Assembly: GCA_039794045.1 (NCBI GenBank)
Contig: JBAMLY010000015.1
Location: 6,404 to 60,099 of the forward strand
Reading direction: 5' to 3'
Origin: Candidatus Micrarchaeia archaeon
GTDB taxonomy: Archaea; Micrarchaeota; Micrarchaeia; Norongarragalinales; UBA8480
DNA length: 53,696 nucleotides
The first letter of the stretch is position 1. The number at the start of each line of letters is the position of its first letter. Shown piece after piece: positions 19,401 to 27,444 of this stretch. The translations under genes were made by a program, and so were the position numbers. The notes below the pieces were generated by a model. That model did no database searches and was not told where the DNA came from. It worked only from the letters and a program-made list of their open reading frames with translations.

Positions 19401-22400
19401 AGCCACGTTTCGCCGAGAGCGCACGGCAGCGTGCAGTGGAAAGTTGAAGCAGAAGGCTACAAAGCGAAAAGCGGGGAGGTAGACGCGATAGCCCGCAAAA
19501 TAATTGAGTTGAGCACGCGCTCTCTCTCGCTAAACGCCGACGGCCAGCCCGCGTCGTTCACAGTCTCTAACTTGCTGGAAAACGAGGTAACCGTTTCCGC
19601 GAGCGTCGCAGCCGACGAGAACCCTCAATACACTGAATTCGTGGTAACTCCAGCCACAGCCAAGCTCAAGCCACGCGAAGAAAAACAATTTCAGTTGACC
19701 GCTCGCCCCAAGCCAGGAGTGCTGACGGTAGCCGAGAAAGACTCGACTCTAACCGAAAAAACAAGCGGACGCGTTCACGTCACCGCCAGAGTAGCTGAAG
19801 CAGCGCAGGACGAGGACGCGAGGTTTTCGTGCACGAACGCCTTGCAGCGCTCCGCTCTTTCAAGCCTCCTCGAATACTCTGACGACGCCCTAGACTTTTC
19901 CTTGAACCCCCCTCGTGCCTCAAAGCAGTCAAAGAAAATAACGATTACCAACAACGCGCCTTACCCCGTGCTCGTCAACCAACAGTCTCTGGCGCCAAAC
20001 GTGCGAGTCACGCCACTCTCGCTCACCATTCCAGCGAACGGAAAAGCAGAGTTCACTGTGACCGCTGGCTTGCCGCCCGAGTCCGCGAACGACAAATGCA
20101 TAGTAGACGATTCAACTACGGAAAGCGACATTGAATTCTATGCTTCCTTCCAAGGCATTAGCGCCACCAAAGTAGTCAAAGCAAAAATTGCTTTGACGGC
20201 GAGCACGCGCTGCTACCTCGCCGACGGCCTAGTGTACAACTTGCCCGTGCCCGTGGTCTTCAAGTTCCCGGCTGGAACGAAAGTGCGCGGAGCACCCGCC
20301 GACGACGGCTCCATTCCAGTGCTTTTGCCTGACGGAAACAAAATGGTTTTCTTTGAAGGAACATCTATTTATGGGCCGTACGCAGTAGAGCGAAGCCAAC
20401 CTTACTACGATTCAAGTTATTCTTTCGACTCTTACCCCCAGTACGGAGAGTACGGCAGCATGGTTTACTTGCAGACTCAAACTGGATTGACGCCCCTCCA
20501 GTTCGCTCAAAGCCCGTACGGAAGCATTCCCTTCTATCCAGCAAGCGCTGCTGCGCCCTACTACCAGAACCCGCAAGCTTACTTCGGCGGCTCGACGCAA
20601 ACCCAGACGCAGACGACGAGCGTCACCCTCCAACAAGCAGTAGTACCCGCGGGCGTGGGCTTCGTCATGTCGTCAAAGTTCGCGCGCCAGCTCGCCATAG
20701 ACCCCGTAACGCTAGCAAGCAACGCCGTGGCAGTAACCTTCCCAGTAGTCGCCTTCCTCGAACTCCCAGTGGACGCGCGGCCCGTTCCAGACGCGGCTGG
20801 AGTGCGCTACAACCTACGCAACGCCTACGTCGTCCTACCGGCAGGCTTGCCGACCATGCGCGCGCCATCTTACGGCAACATCGTGCAAGTCCCGCCAGGC
20901 ACTCCACTATTGTTCGGCCGCACTGGCTCGAATTACGGCAGCATGGAATTGTCTTACGACGAAGACACTTACATTGACTTTCCACGCGACGCAGTAGTCC
21001 AACAACTCCCGAGCGGAGTGCAAGCCACTCTCTCGGAGTGCGCGCAAGTGAAAGTAAAGAGCTTGGACGACAAAATGACTGACTCAACGCCAGCCGCGAA
21101 AACGGTTTTCGTGGAAGGCGGCACTCTCTTTGGAGCCAACAAGAACCGCGTCATCGTGCCAGCTCAGGCGAGAATAAAAGTTTCCACTTGCTTGGACGTG
21201 ACAGAAGAACAACAAAAGCTTTTCTGCAGCTCTCGCAGGCAACCAATGACGCTCGTGCTCCCGCCAGGCTACCGCGGCCCGCCCTCGCGCTTCACGATAG
21301 CATTCGACTCCTGCGTTCCAATGGACGTGAAAGGCGCTCGCGGCTCCCAAGTTTCTGCGGTGAGAAAAATTTACTTCGAGCCCACCGCTAAAGGACAACA
21401 ACTTTCTTCGGGAGGACAACAACTCTACCAAGTAAGCGTGCCCGAAGGAAGCCAGTTATGCGTGCTTCCCTGCGACGCGTCGGGAACCGTTTCAGTAACC
21501 GCTTACGGCGACTACTTAGACTTCTCGCCGAAGACAATCAATTTTACTCTCTCGGATTCAAGGCAGTCCGCCCAAGCCGAGTTGTGCTTGTACAACACTG
21601 GCAGCGAACTCCTCCAGCCATTCAACCCAGAATCATACGTTGAACTCATTTCCTCGCCCACGGACGACGAGGCATTCAAGTCCGCCGTCAAAAAAGAAGG
21701 AATTTACTTTGCCGGCCAAGTTGGAAAACCCGCAAACCTCCCTCTCTCGTTCGAGAACAAGGCGTGCAACAAGCTCGTAGTGGAAGCCAGCCTCCCTTCT
21801 TCAGGCGACTGGACTGACGCTTACGGCTGCGTCAAAAAAGAAGGAACGATAACCGGCTCCATCAAGTTCCACGCAAAATCCACTAAGTGGCAGGGGTCAG
21901 TCAGCGTTCCAGTCACCATCAAAATAGTAAGGCAAGCAAAAAACTGCAACTCGCCTGCAGCCTTAGACAAAGCGAACTCGCTGCACTCCTTCTTCGTCAA
22001 CTACGCTGACTCAGTGCTTTCATTCAAAGCCCCCGGCCACTACCGGTTCGTCATCCTCGCAAACAACTTACTGGAACCAGCCACTATTTCCTCCAACCTC
22101 GACTCGTCGTCGCCAATAAAATGCGATTTCCCGCAACAACTAGCGCCAGGCGAAGCCAAGCTAGCAAAATGCATTTCGTTGAAGCCCGCCGAAAACTTTC
22201 AGTTGAAAATTACTGCAAAGCCAGCGCGCGCTGCCAGCCTCGACTTCCTCGTGAAAGTCAACGTTTTCAACGCGCAAGACAGCGTCTACGATTCAACGCC
22301 GCTCGGCGAGCTCGCCCCCCAAACCACGCAGCAAACGAACCAGACGGCCGCGCAGAGCCCCCCACAAGCTTATTACGTCGTCTGCGAGAAGTACTTCTGC

Positions 22401-24686
22401 AACGCCGCCCAAGCGAGCACCGCTTATTCTTCCTTCCTCGCGGCAATGAAGTCCTTCCTTGACTCCGTGACCGCGGACGCGGCAACGCACCAGCGCTTCT
22501 GCCAGTCTACTGTGGGCAGCAGCGAGGAAAACGCGTTGAAAGTAGTAGAAAAAACAATAGTAATACAAAAAACGGCTGCAACTCAGTCCATCGCAGAGTT
22601 CAACGAGCAATTCCTCAAAACAGCGAGGGAAATCCTGCCCGACTACGCTTCAGGCGAGAACTTCTTCCAAGGAATTCCAAGCGAAAGCATTGCTGGCTGC
22701 GGCTGGTACAAAGTCAGCGTCGCGCTCGATGCCTGCAAGGAAATGGGTTCGCACGCCAGCCAGGACTGGAAGAAGCGCGTGGGACTACGCGTGCGCATAG
22801 AAAGAATGAGCGAGAGCGACGAATGCAAGCCCACGCTCGCCAACGCCTTGCTGTTCTTGAAGGCAAGCTCTCCAGACTCTCTCGGAGTAACAGTGGGAAA
22901 CCGCGTGGCAGTATGGCCAGACGAAGTAAGCGGCAAGCGCCTGCTCTCAGTAGTTGACAAGACAAAAGAAAACTGGGACAAAGTCAAGGCAAGCCAGCCT
23001 TCAACGTGGCTTTACTTGTTCGACGTAGGCGTCCTCGCCCTTGGCCCCTACGCAGACCAAGCCGACGAAGCAGACGTGAAGACCGCGCAAACGCTTTACC
23101 AAATGATTTACGGACAGCAAGCAAAGTCAGCCGCAAAGTCAACTTACTACGACGACGCAACATTCTGCAGCGCAAACGCGCCACAGCAACTCAAGTGGAT
23201 TGCGGTAGGCGGTTCTTCTCTCGCCGCCGCAGGCACGCTACTCGCCTTCCTGCCGGCAGGCGCGTCCCAAGTAGTTTCGGCGTTCCTCGTCCCACTCGGC
23301 TTGAAGCTCGCGGCAGGCACGGCAACCACGGCAGCACTCTGCGTGGGAAGCGCGGCCGCTTACGGAGAGAAAGGAACGTGCGCTCGCTACAACGACTGCA
23401 TTCGCAGCGCGATTTTCGGCGCAGCAACTGCAGCCATTCCCACGGCTGGCGAGCTCGCGGCATTCAAGACTGCTTCTGCAGCGTTGAAGACTACTGCGGC
23501 GCTCACTGCCTCGACTGCGGGCGTGGTGAGCGCCGTCAACTTGCTTGCGCCAGACGGCCCCGAAACCACTGACGCCACGATTCCATTAGTTGCAACGGGC
23601 TACGCGGCAGCCACTACTGTTTCTTTCTCGCGAGCGCAAGCTCGCGCGGCTTCGCCGGTCGCCAAACTCGAACAACAAGGCGCGCTATTGCCTGGCTCGC
23701 CGTTCGGAAGAGAAGTTGAATCCCTCATTGCTCAGGGAACAAGTTGGGAGGACGCAGTCGCGTCAGCGAGAGAAAAACTCGTGGCAGAAAAGGCGCAGGA
23801 ACTCGCGAGAATGAAGCCTTCCGCGCTTGGAGAAATTGCTTACGCGCACAGCATAGACCCAGCACTCGCTGCTTCCGACGCCGCCGTCCAGAAAAGCCTT
23901 GCCACTGCCATCGTATTAGAGGAAACCAGGCCTGCCTCCGTGCTGCAGCAAATGGAGAACGTGAAGCTCTTCAACGGAAAAATTCAGTTCGCTGAACCAG
24001 CGTTCGCCGCTGGCGCTGGTATCTTGCCGCAACAGCAAGCCAAGCTAACGCAGTTGCTTGACCCCAAGTCGTTCGCCCAACAAACGCCTTCGCAGGCGTT
24101 CCTTGGACTGACTGACGCCGAGAAAACAGTTTTCAAGGCCGCGGCAGAGAAGACGAGCAAGGCGAGAAACGCTTTAGTGAAGAGCTCGAACGCTTTCAAG
24201 GCAGGCGCGCAAATAGGCGCTACGCTATTGTTCCAGGTTGACGCGCGCCCCGTCATGGCCAAGCTTGACCCCGCCCTGCCAACTCATTTCGTTGCCTACC
24301 ACTTGACGAGGAAAGGCGATTCCTTCGTTCCAACTGCCTTCAAGCTCTGCGTCACTGAAAAACGCGTTGGAGTAGAGCCGGACGAGGACGGCTGCGTTAA
24401 AGGGCAATCGTTTTACTTAGCTGACTTGTGCAACTCGGATTACTCGGCTTGCTTGTACGAAACGCCGGTCTACACTTCCTCGCCTTCCGCGCCAGCCTAC
24501 AACTTGGTTGTTGCGGTGAACGACGAGAGAATCGACGCCAAGGCATTGCTTGAGTCTGTGTTCTTGCCTGACGCCAAGCCGTTGACGGCAAACATTGGCG
24601 GAGGAACGCTTTCGCCGCAGAAAATCGCTGAACTCGCGCAAACGAGGAACGAGAAGGGAAGCGGCAAGGCGTTCGCCGGAAAGTGA
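16449..24686 (+). CDS. Giant membrane-anchored surface protein 3 (2745 aa)
   Basis: LEARGIP plus TM helix, six repeats collinear with proteins 1 and 2, a Y/Q/P-rich segment, and a long Ala/Gly-rich hydrophobic region near the C-terminus. Starts 16 nt after protein 2. Confidence 0.85.
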   Translation: MSLQDFFVGLQEKWEEFLEWSDENGLPFREWNDALEARGIPAMPVFALAVAVVFFVAFFLVAGFPQIPGVTVQPTATVKLTVLSEEGIGVPNALVQLKANGKIIAAKNTDSRGIVTFSDVPAGELTAVASAADFKQDYVSVTTKGGEASAQKLVLVRVSSFKVVVSFEVQGPQSANFSVWDENKTVLIDSASGATASFELEPSKNYLVRVEAPQYTPEERLVPVGTTNAAPIYVRLFKTSEPRTASLHVLVYDDKGLTGAPIANASVQVRANNSEAVIATGVTDEEGAIDAVEAPVGSLVTVYASAPGYLSTETEAFQVPEGSVYKRVRLARKTEENSKAIAVSVTTASGEYVSSPTVRLYCGGRKRDEKTPASGTTSFDAALGEKCLVTAFKEGFLPASKQVTAKGEATLVLKEATYLNSASLEVSVVDSAGNPVPMASTTVFNYSGEPLGIPEKTTGLSGTTSYYLPEGDYVVRASSGNSEGSAKTRVSFNANNSVQVKLAPLKAVAAVTVQDYYSNASIAGAKVTLKDASGATASCLTSLQGCSLEAQEGPAVVSVAAQGYEDYSGTLELRGGTTTNYSVVLVNSRVSADVKLAFLGVFDSKGRQVNKLSPATVYTARYLLKNPGIPFYSAEAFVLLGSASSSLESEDAEIIEYSADGASITAGADFSSAADFSVEATATATPQNYSQSNSSGGVAVLPSTKGTSLASNAEGWKWVKFVFPQFNGTKELRVKIRTKPVASGALSLSHRSAFATARGVLRDPEDAAAGTSKSPLLANLKPSATYEVFFAGECQNGLCVQAFLEGQQGRSADSLEALIPEQFKVRFSVASASGQATLTLSTESNALQLVDASAGATKVAAKSPAGETQELSIKSGGDGAFNVKAKAFAKDARLVLNAESGDAKYEKIFSVRVVSPKNSLKVSLKPERLIALQENTIVFKVTDTLNNPVTNARVVIGSQEDALGSTVEAGPATGKNAEPGTYVASHVSPRAHGSVQWKVEAEGYKAKSGEVDAIARKIIELSTRSLSLNADGQPASFTVSNLLENEVTVSASVAADENPQYTEFVVTPATAKLKPREEKQFQLTARPKPGVLTVAEKDSTLTEKTSGRVHVTARVAEAAQDEDARFSCTNALQRSALSSLLEYSDDALDFSLNPPRASKQSKKITITNNAPYPVLVNQQSLAPNVRVTPLSLTIPANGKAEFTVTAGLPPESANDKCIVDDSTTESDIEFYASFQGISATKVVKAKIALTASTRCYLADGLVYNLPVPVVFKFPAGTKVRGAPADDGSIPVLLPDGNKMVFFEGTSIYGPYAVERSQPYYDSSYSFDSYPQYGEYGSMVYLQTQTGLTPLQFAQSPYGSIPFYPASAAAPYYQNPQAYFGGSTQTQTQTTSVTLQQAVVPAGVGFVMSSKFARQLAIDPVTLASNAVAVTFPVVAFLELPVDARPVPDAAGVRYNLRNAYVVLPAGLPTMRAPSYGNIVQVPPGTPLLFGRTGSNYGSMELSYDEDTYIDFPRDAVVQQLPSGVQATLSECAQVKVKSLDDKMTDSTPAAKTVFVEGGTLFGANKNRVIVPAQARIKVSTCLDVTEEQQKLFCSSRRQPMTLVLPPGYRGPPSRFTIAFDSCVPMDVKGARGSQVSAVRKIYFEPTAKGQQLSSGGQQLYQVSVPEGSQLCVLPCDASGTVSVTAYGDYLDFSPKTINFTLSDSRQSAQAELCLYNTGSELLQPFNPESYVELISSPTDDEAFKSAVKKEGIYFAGQVGKPANLPLSFENKACNKLVVEASLPSSGDWTDAYGCVKKEGTITGSIKFHAKSTKWQGSVSVPVTIKIVRQAKNCNSPAALDKANSLHSFFVNYADSVLSFKAPGHYRFVILANNLLEPATISSNLDSSSPIKCDFPQQLAPGEAKLAKCISLKPAENFQLKITAKPARAASLDFLVKVNVFNAQDSVYDSTPLGELAPQTTQQTNQTAAQSPPQAYYVVCEKYFCNAAQASTAYSSFLAAMKSFLDSVTADAATHQRFCQSTVGSSEENALKVVEKTIVIQKTAATQSIAEFNEQFLKTAREILPDYASGENFFQGIPSESIAGCGWYKVSVALDACKEMGSHASQDWKKRVGLRVRIERMSESDECKPTLANALLFLKASSPDSLGVTVGNRVAVWPDEVSGKRLLSVVDKTKENWDKVKASQPSTWLYLFDVGVLALGPYADQADEADVKTAQTLYQMIYGQQAKSAAKSTYYDDATFCSANAPQQLKWIAVGGSSLAAAGTLLAFLPAGASQVVSAFLVPLGLKLAAGTATTAALCVGSAAAYGEKGTCARYNDCIRSAIFGAATAAIPTAGELAAFKTASAALKTTAALTASTAGVVSAVNLLAPDGPETTDATIPLVATGYAAATTVSFSRAQARAASPVAKLEQQGALLPGSPFGREVESLIAQGTSWEDAVASAREKLVAEKAQELARMKPSALGEIAYAHSIDPALAASDAAVQKSLATAIVLEETRPASVLQQMENVKLFNGKIQFAEPAFAAGAGILPQQQAKLTQLLDPKSFAQQTPSQAFLGLTDAEKTVFKAAAEKTSKARNALVKSSNAFKAGAQIGATLLFQVDARPVMAKLDPALPTHFVAYHLTRKGDSFVPTAFKLCVTEKRVGVEPDEDGCVKGQSFYLADLCNSDYSACLYETPVYTSSPSAPAYNLVVAVNDERIDAKALLESVFLPDAKPLTANIGGGTLSPQKIAELAQTRNEKGSGKAFAGK

Positions 24687-24692
24687 TGAAGA

Positions 24693-25370
24693 ATGCCAGC
24701 ACAAAAAAAGAACGTGGAAGAACTCGCCCGCAAGGGAAGCCGAAACCTTTTGCTTGTCATAGTAGTGGTCGCGTTTTCTGTCGCCGCGCTTTATTATTAC
24801 TCGCAAGAACAAGCAAAGCAAATTGCTTTCCAGCAACAAGCTCCAGCGACTCTGGCTGCGCAGGGACGCGAGCTCTCGCTCTCGCCAACGCAGGTGAAGT
24901 CCCTCACTTTTTCTTTCACTGACGAAGAGTACGGCTTCAAAATTTTTTACCCGAAAACCTACAAGGCAGAAGAAAACCCTGACGCGGCAACGCGGTTGCG
25001 CTTCACCACGCAAAACCCTGCCAGCACCCTCCAAGAACCGCGTTCAGCTGAAGTGGTTGACTTAAGGGTCTTTGACTCGCAGGACGCCCTTGAACACGTT
25101 TCCGCGCAAGAAGCAGCGCAAAAAATCGCTGGCGAGGCCGGAACGCAGTACGAGAAAATGGTTTCGGCGAACGGCAAACCGTTTTTCTTCGTGAAAGGCA
25201 CAGTGGCAAGCGACGTCACGGGAGAGCAGTTGTTGTTGCGTGCCGCGTTCTACGACTGCAAGACGAGAGAGGAAAGGGCTTACACTGCCGCGTTGATCGC
25301 TGTTATTCCCTTCGAGTTAGAGTTTGATGCGTTGTACTGGCAGCAAATAATGAAGTCGTTCGAGTGCTGA
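24693..25370 (+). CDS. Membrane-anchored PsbP/Mog1-like domain protein
   Basis: N-terminal TM helix and the FTDEEYGFKIFYPKTY motif typical of the start of PsbP-related folds. Starts 6 nt after giant protein 3. Confidence 0.6.
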   Translation: MPAQKKNVEELARKGSRNLLLVIVVVAFSVAALYYYSQEQAKQIAFQQQAPATLAAQGRELSLSPTQVKSLTFSFTDEEYGFKIFYPKTYKAEENPDAATRLRFTTQNPASTLQEPRSAEVVDLRVFDSQDALEHVSAQEAAQKIAGEAGTQYEKMVSANGKPFFFVKGTVASDVTGEQLLLRAAFYDCKTREERAYTAALIAVIPFELEFDALYWQQIMKSFEC

Positions 25371-25374
25371 AGAA

Positions 25375-25698
25375 ATGTATGCTAGAATGCATTCAAGGGA
25401 AGGCGCTGACGGGCGCGCTTACTGCGTGCTTGCGTTGTGCGACGCCGACTTGCTTGGCGAGAGCTTACAGGAGAGAGACTTCGTGCTCGACTTGAAGGCT
25501 AACGCGGCGTTCTACAAGGGAAGAAAAGTTTCAGCGGCAGAGGCAGTGCGCCTCGTAAGAAAAGCGGTGGCGGACGAGAACGCTTCCTTGAACGTAGTTG
25601 GACGCAAGTCCGTCAACGCCCTCGCCGCGGCAGGCGTTAAAGGCTTTAAAGCGAAAATGATTGCGGGCGTGCCTCACGTTCAAGTCTTTCACTTGTGA
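25375..25698 (+). CDS. DUF424 family protein
   Basis: VLALCDADLLG...FYKG...LNVVG...IAGVPHVQV matches the archaeal DUF424 pattern; 107 aa. Confidence 0.8.
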   Translation: MYARMHSREGADGRAYCVLALCDADLLGESLQERDFVLDLKANAAFYKGRKVSAAEAVRLVRKAVADENASLNVVGRKSVNALAAAGVKGFKAKMIAGVPHVQVFHL

Positions 25699-25739
25699 AG
25701 GTGGCAACGCAAGATAAATAATTTTGTTGAAGCAAAACT

Positions 25740-26606
25740 TTGGAAAAGGTGAACGCAGTGGCTACGAAGAAAGAATTGCTGCAAGCTGGTTTTAACGACA
25801 TCAAGGAATACGGGGAATTCAAGAAAAAGTTTGGGGCCGACGCTGCTGTTCTCGCGTTGCAGCACGGCAGCAAGGCACGGGAAGTGATAGAGTACTACGG
25901 CGAGGAAGCAGTCGAGGCTTTGAAGAAGCACGGCAAGCCTGCGCTGGAAATGATTAACGCTCACGGCGTAGAAGCACTTAACTTAATCAAGTTGTACAAG
26001 GACTCTGTAGTGGATGCTTTCGAGGTAGGAGGCGATGACGCCTTTCAAGTAGTGAACAACTACGGCAGGACTGCCTTGAACGCCATCAACGCGTACGGCG
26101 CGCGCGTAGTGCCCATCCTCAAAAAAGGAGGGGACGACGCTGCAATGGCTTTGCTGAAGCACGGCGCAAACGCTTTTGGGGCGCTTGATTTACTGGAGCG
26201 CGTCGACGCAGACCCTGAATTTAAGGGCGTGTTGAAAGAGGGAGCGAAAGTGATTCTCAAGCACGGAATTGACGCGGCCAACGTGATACGTTCGAGCGGC
26301 GCGTGGGCCGCGAAAGCGATAGCAAAGCACGGAAAGGAGGCACTCGATGAACTCAAGAAGCCGAATTTGTACGATCGCGAGTTAAGCAAACTTATTTACG
26401 AGCACGGCCCCCTCGCCTTGAATGCGTTGAAGCGCGTTGGCAGTGATAGGGTCATAAACGCGGTCTACAAGAGCCAAGCTGTAGGCGTGAGCACTAAAAG
26501 CGTTTTGAGGGCGTTGTCCAAGAAAGCGACTCCCGAGCCTTACCGCGGCCCCGGCGTGCCGATAGAAGAACTCAAGGCAATGTTTAAAAAGAAGAGGAAG
26601 CGCTAG
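25740..26606 (+). CDS. Hypothetical protein with about 16 tandem 11-residue [HY]GxxA helical repeats and a basic C-terminus
   Basis: Repeats such as KKHGKPALEMI, NAHGVEALNLI, NNYGRTALNAI and AKHGKEALDEL. Ends MFKKKRKR. The start codon is uncertain (TTG 25740 or GTG 25749). Confidence 0.75.
   Translation: MEKVNAVATKKELLQAGFNDIKEYGEFKKKFGADAAVLALQHGSKAREVIEYYGEEAVEALKKHGKPALEMINAHGVEALNLIKLYKDSVVDAFEVGGDDAFQVVNNYGRTALNAINAYGARVVPILKKGGDDAAMALLKHGANAFGALDLLERVDADPEFKGVLKEGAKVILKHGIDAANVIRSSGAWAAKAIAKHGKEALDELKKPNLYDRELSKLIYEHGPLALNALKRVGSDRVINAVYKSQAVGVSTKSVLRALSKKATPEPYRGPGVPIEELKAMFKKKRKR
25824..26460 (+). repeat. Intragenic 33-nt (11-codon) periodic repeat array
   Basis: Protein-level consensus xx[HY]GxxAhxxh with two short insertions; degenerate at the DNA level. 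Confidence 0.75.
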
Positions 26607-26675
26607 CAGGCTGGTCCTCGTTTTTCTTGCAAACCTTTTTTAGTGGAGAAAAGCTAAGGGTTTGAGTGCATTTGG

Positions 26676-27149
26676 ATGCTTGGCGCGCCAGTCTTGTTCG
26701 GTGAATTCGTTTTCGACTTGTGGTTCGTAGTAAAAGTCATTGTTTTCTCTTACTTGTTGTTCCAGCTTTACTTGATGTTTCGCGACACGCAATTAATTTT
26801 TGGGCTTGCCTCGCTGGTGGCAGCGTACTTTATTTTCGTTCACGGGGTTTCCACAGTTGTCTTGGTGGCCGTGTTCTTCTTGTTCGTCGTGTTCGGAAGC
26901 CAGTTGCAGATGCTCGTAATGTTTGGCTTGGAACCCATTCTTGGCTTGTTCGGCATAGGCAGCCACGCCGCGCAACTGGAGGCAAACGAGTTGGCGCGCT
27001 TGCAGGACAAGATAGCGAAGGGCGAGGCGTTGAGCGCAGAAGAAGAAGAGTGGTTTCAGAGCCACATGCAACACAACGAGGCAATGCAGCAAAACCTCGA
27101 GAACTACCAACAAAACGCGGCGAGGGCGCGCGGGCTCAGAATGCATTGA
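26676..27149 (+). CDS. Small integral membrane protein with a Q/E-rich helical tail
   Basis: Three to four hydrophobic segments followed by a charged helical C-terminus. First gene of a six-gene cluster. Confidence 0.75.
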   Translation: MLGAPVLFGEFVFDLWFVVKVIVFSYLLFQLYLMFRDTQLIFGLASLVAAYFIFVHGVSTVVLVAVFFLFVVFGSQLQMLVMFGLEPILGLFGIGSHAAQLEANELARLQDKIAKGEALSAEEEEWFQSHMQHNEAMQQNLENYQQNAARARGLRMH

Positions 27150-27161
27150 AGGGATTGCTTG

Positions 27162-27431
27162 ATGTTTTTCCTTGAAGAACTGCAGTGGGTTTGGTGGATC
27201 GTCTTGTTCTTGATGGCGTACTATTACTATAACTGGGCTCAAGAGCACTTGGCTTTTTCTCCCTTGCTGACCATCGTAGTGGCAGCGATACTCATTTACT
27301 TTCTCGTCATAGTCTATCCGTTGGCTGGACTGGCTTTCTGGCTTGTTTCAATATTCTTGTTTTCCGGAATTCTTTACATGGGCTCGGTTTTCGCTCCGTT
27401 CTTGTTCAGGTTCTTCAGGAAACCAAAGTAG
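27162..27431 (+). CDS. Small integral membrane protein (paralog of 27860-28129)
   Basis: About 89 aa and highly hydrophobic, with YNWAQEHLAFSPLLTIVVAAILIYFLVI. Confidence 0.75.
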   Translation: MFFLEELQWVWWIVLFLMAYYYYNWAQEHLAFSPLLTIVVAAILIYFLVIVYPLAGLAFWLVSIFLFSGILYMGSVFAPFLFRFFRKPK

Positions 27432-27444
27432 CGTTTAGAGGTGC

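Noticed and set aside
24417-25034. Long antisense or alternate-frame ORFs inside the large genes (e.g. 24417-25034, 11930-12643, 48164-48874)
   Set aside because: They are fully nested in well-supported genes, have no recognisable motifs, and are expected in GC-rich DNA.
26586-26606. KKKRKR as a eukaryotic nuclear localisation signal
   Set aside because: The context is archaeal with no evidence of a eukaryotic host; it is kept only as a generic basic tail.
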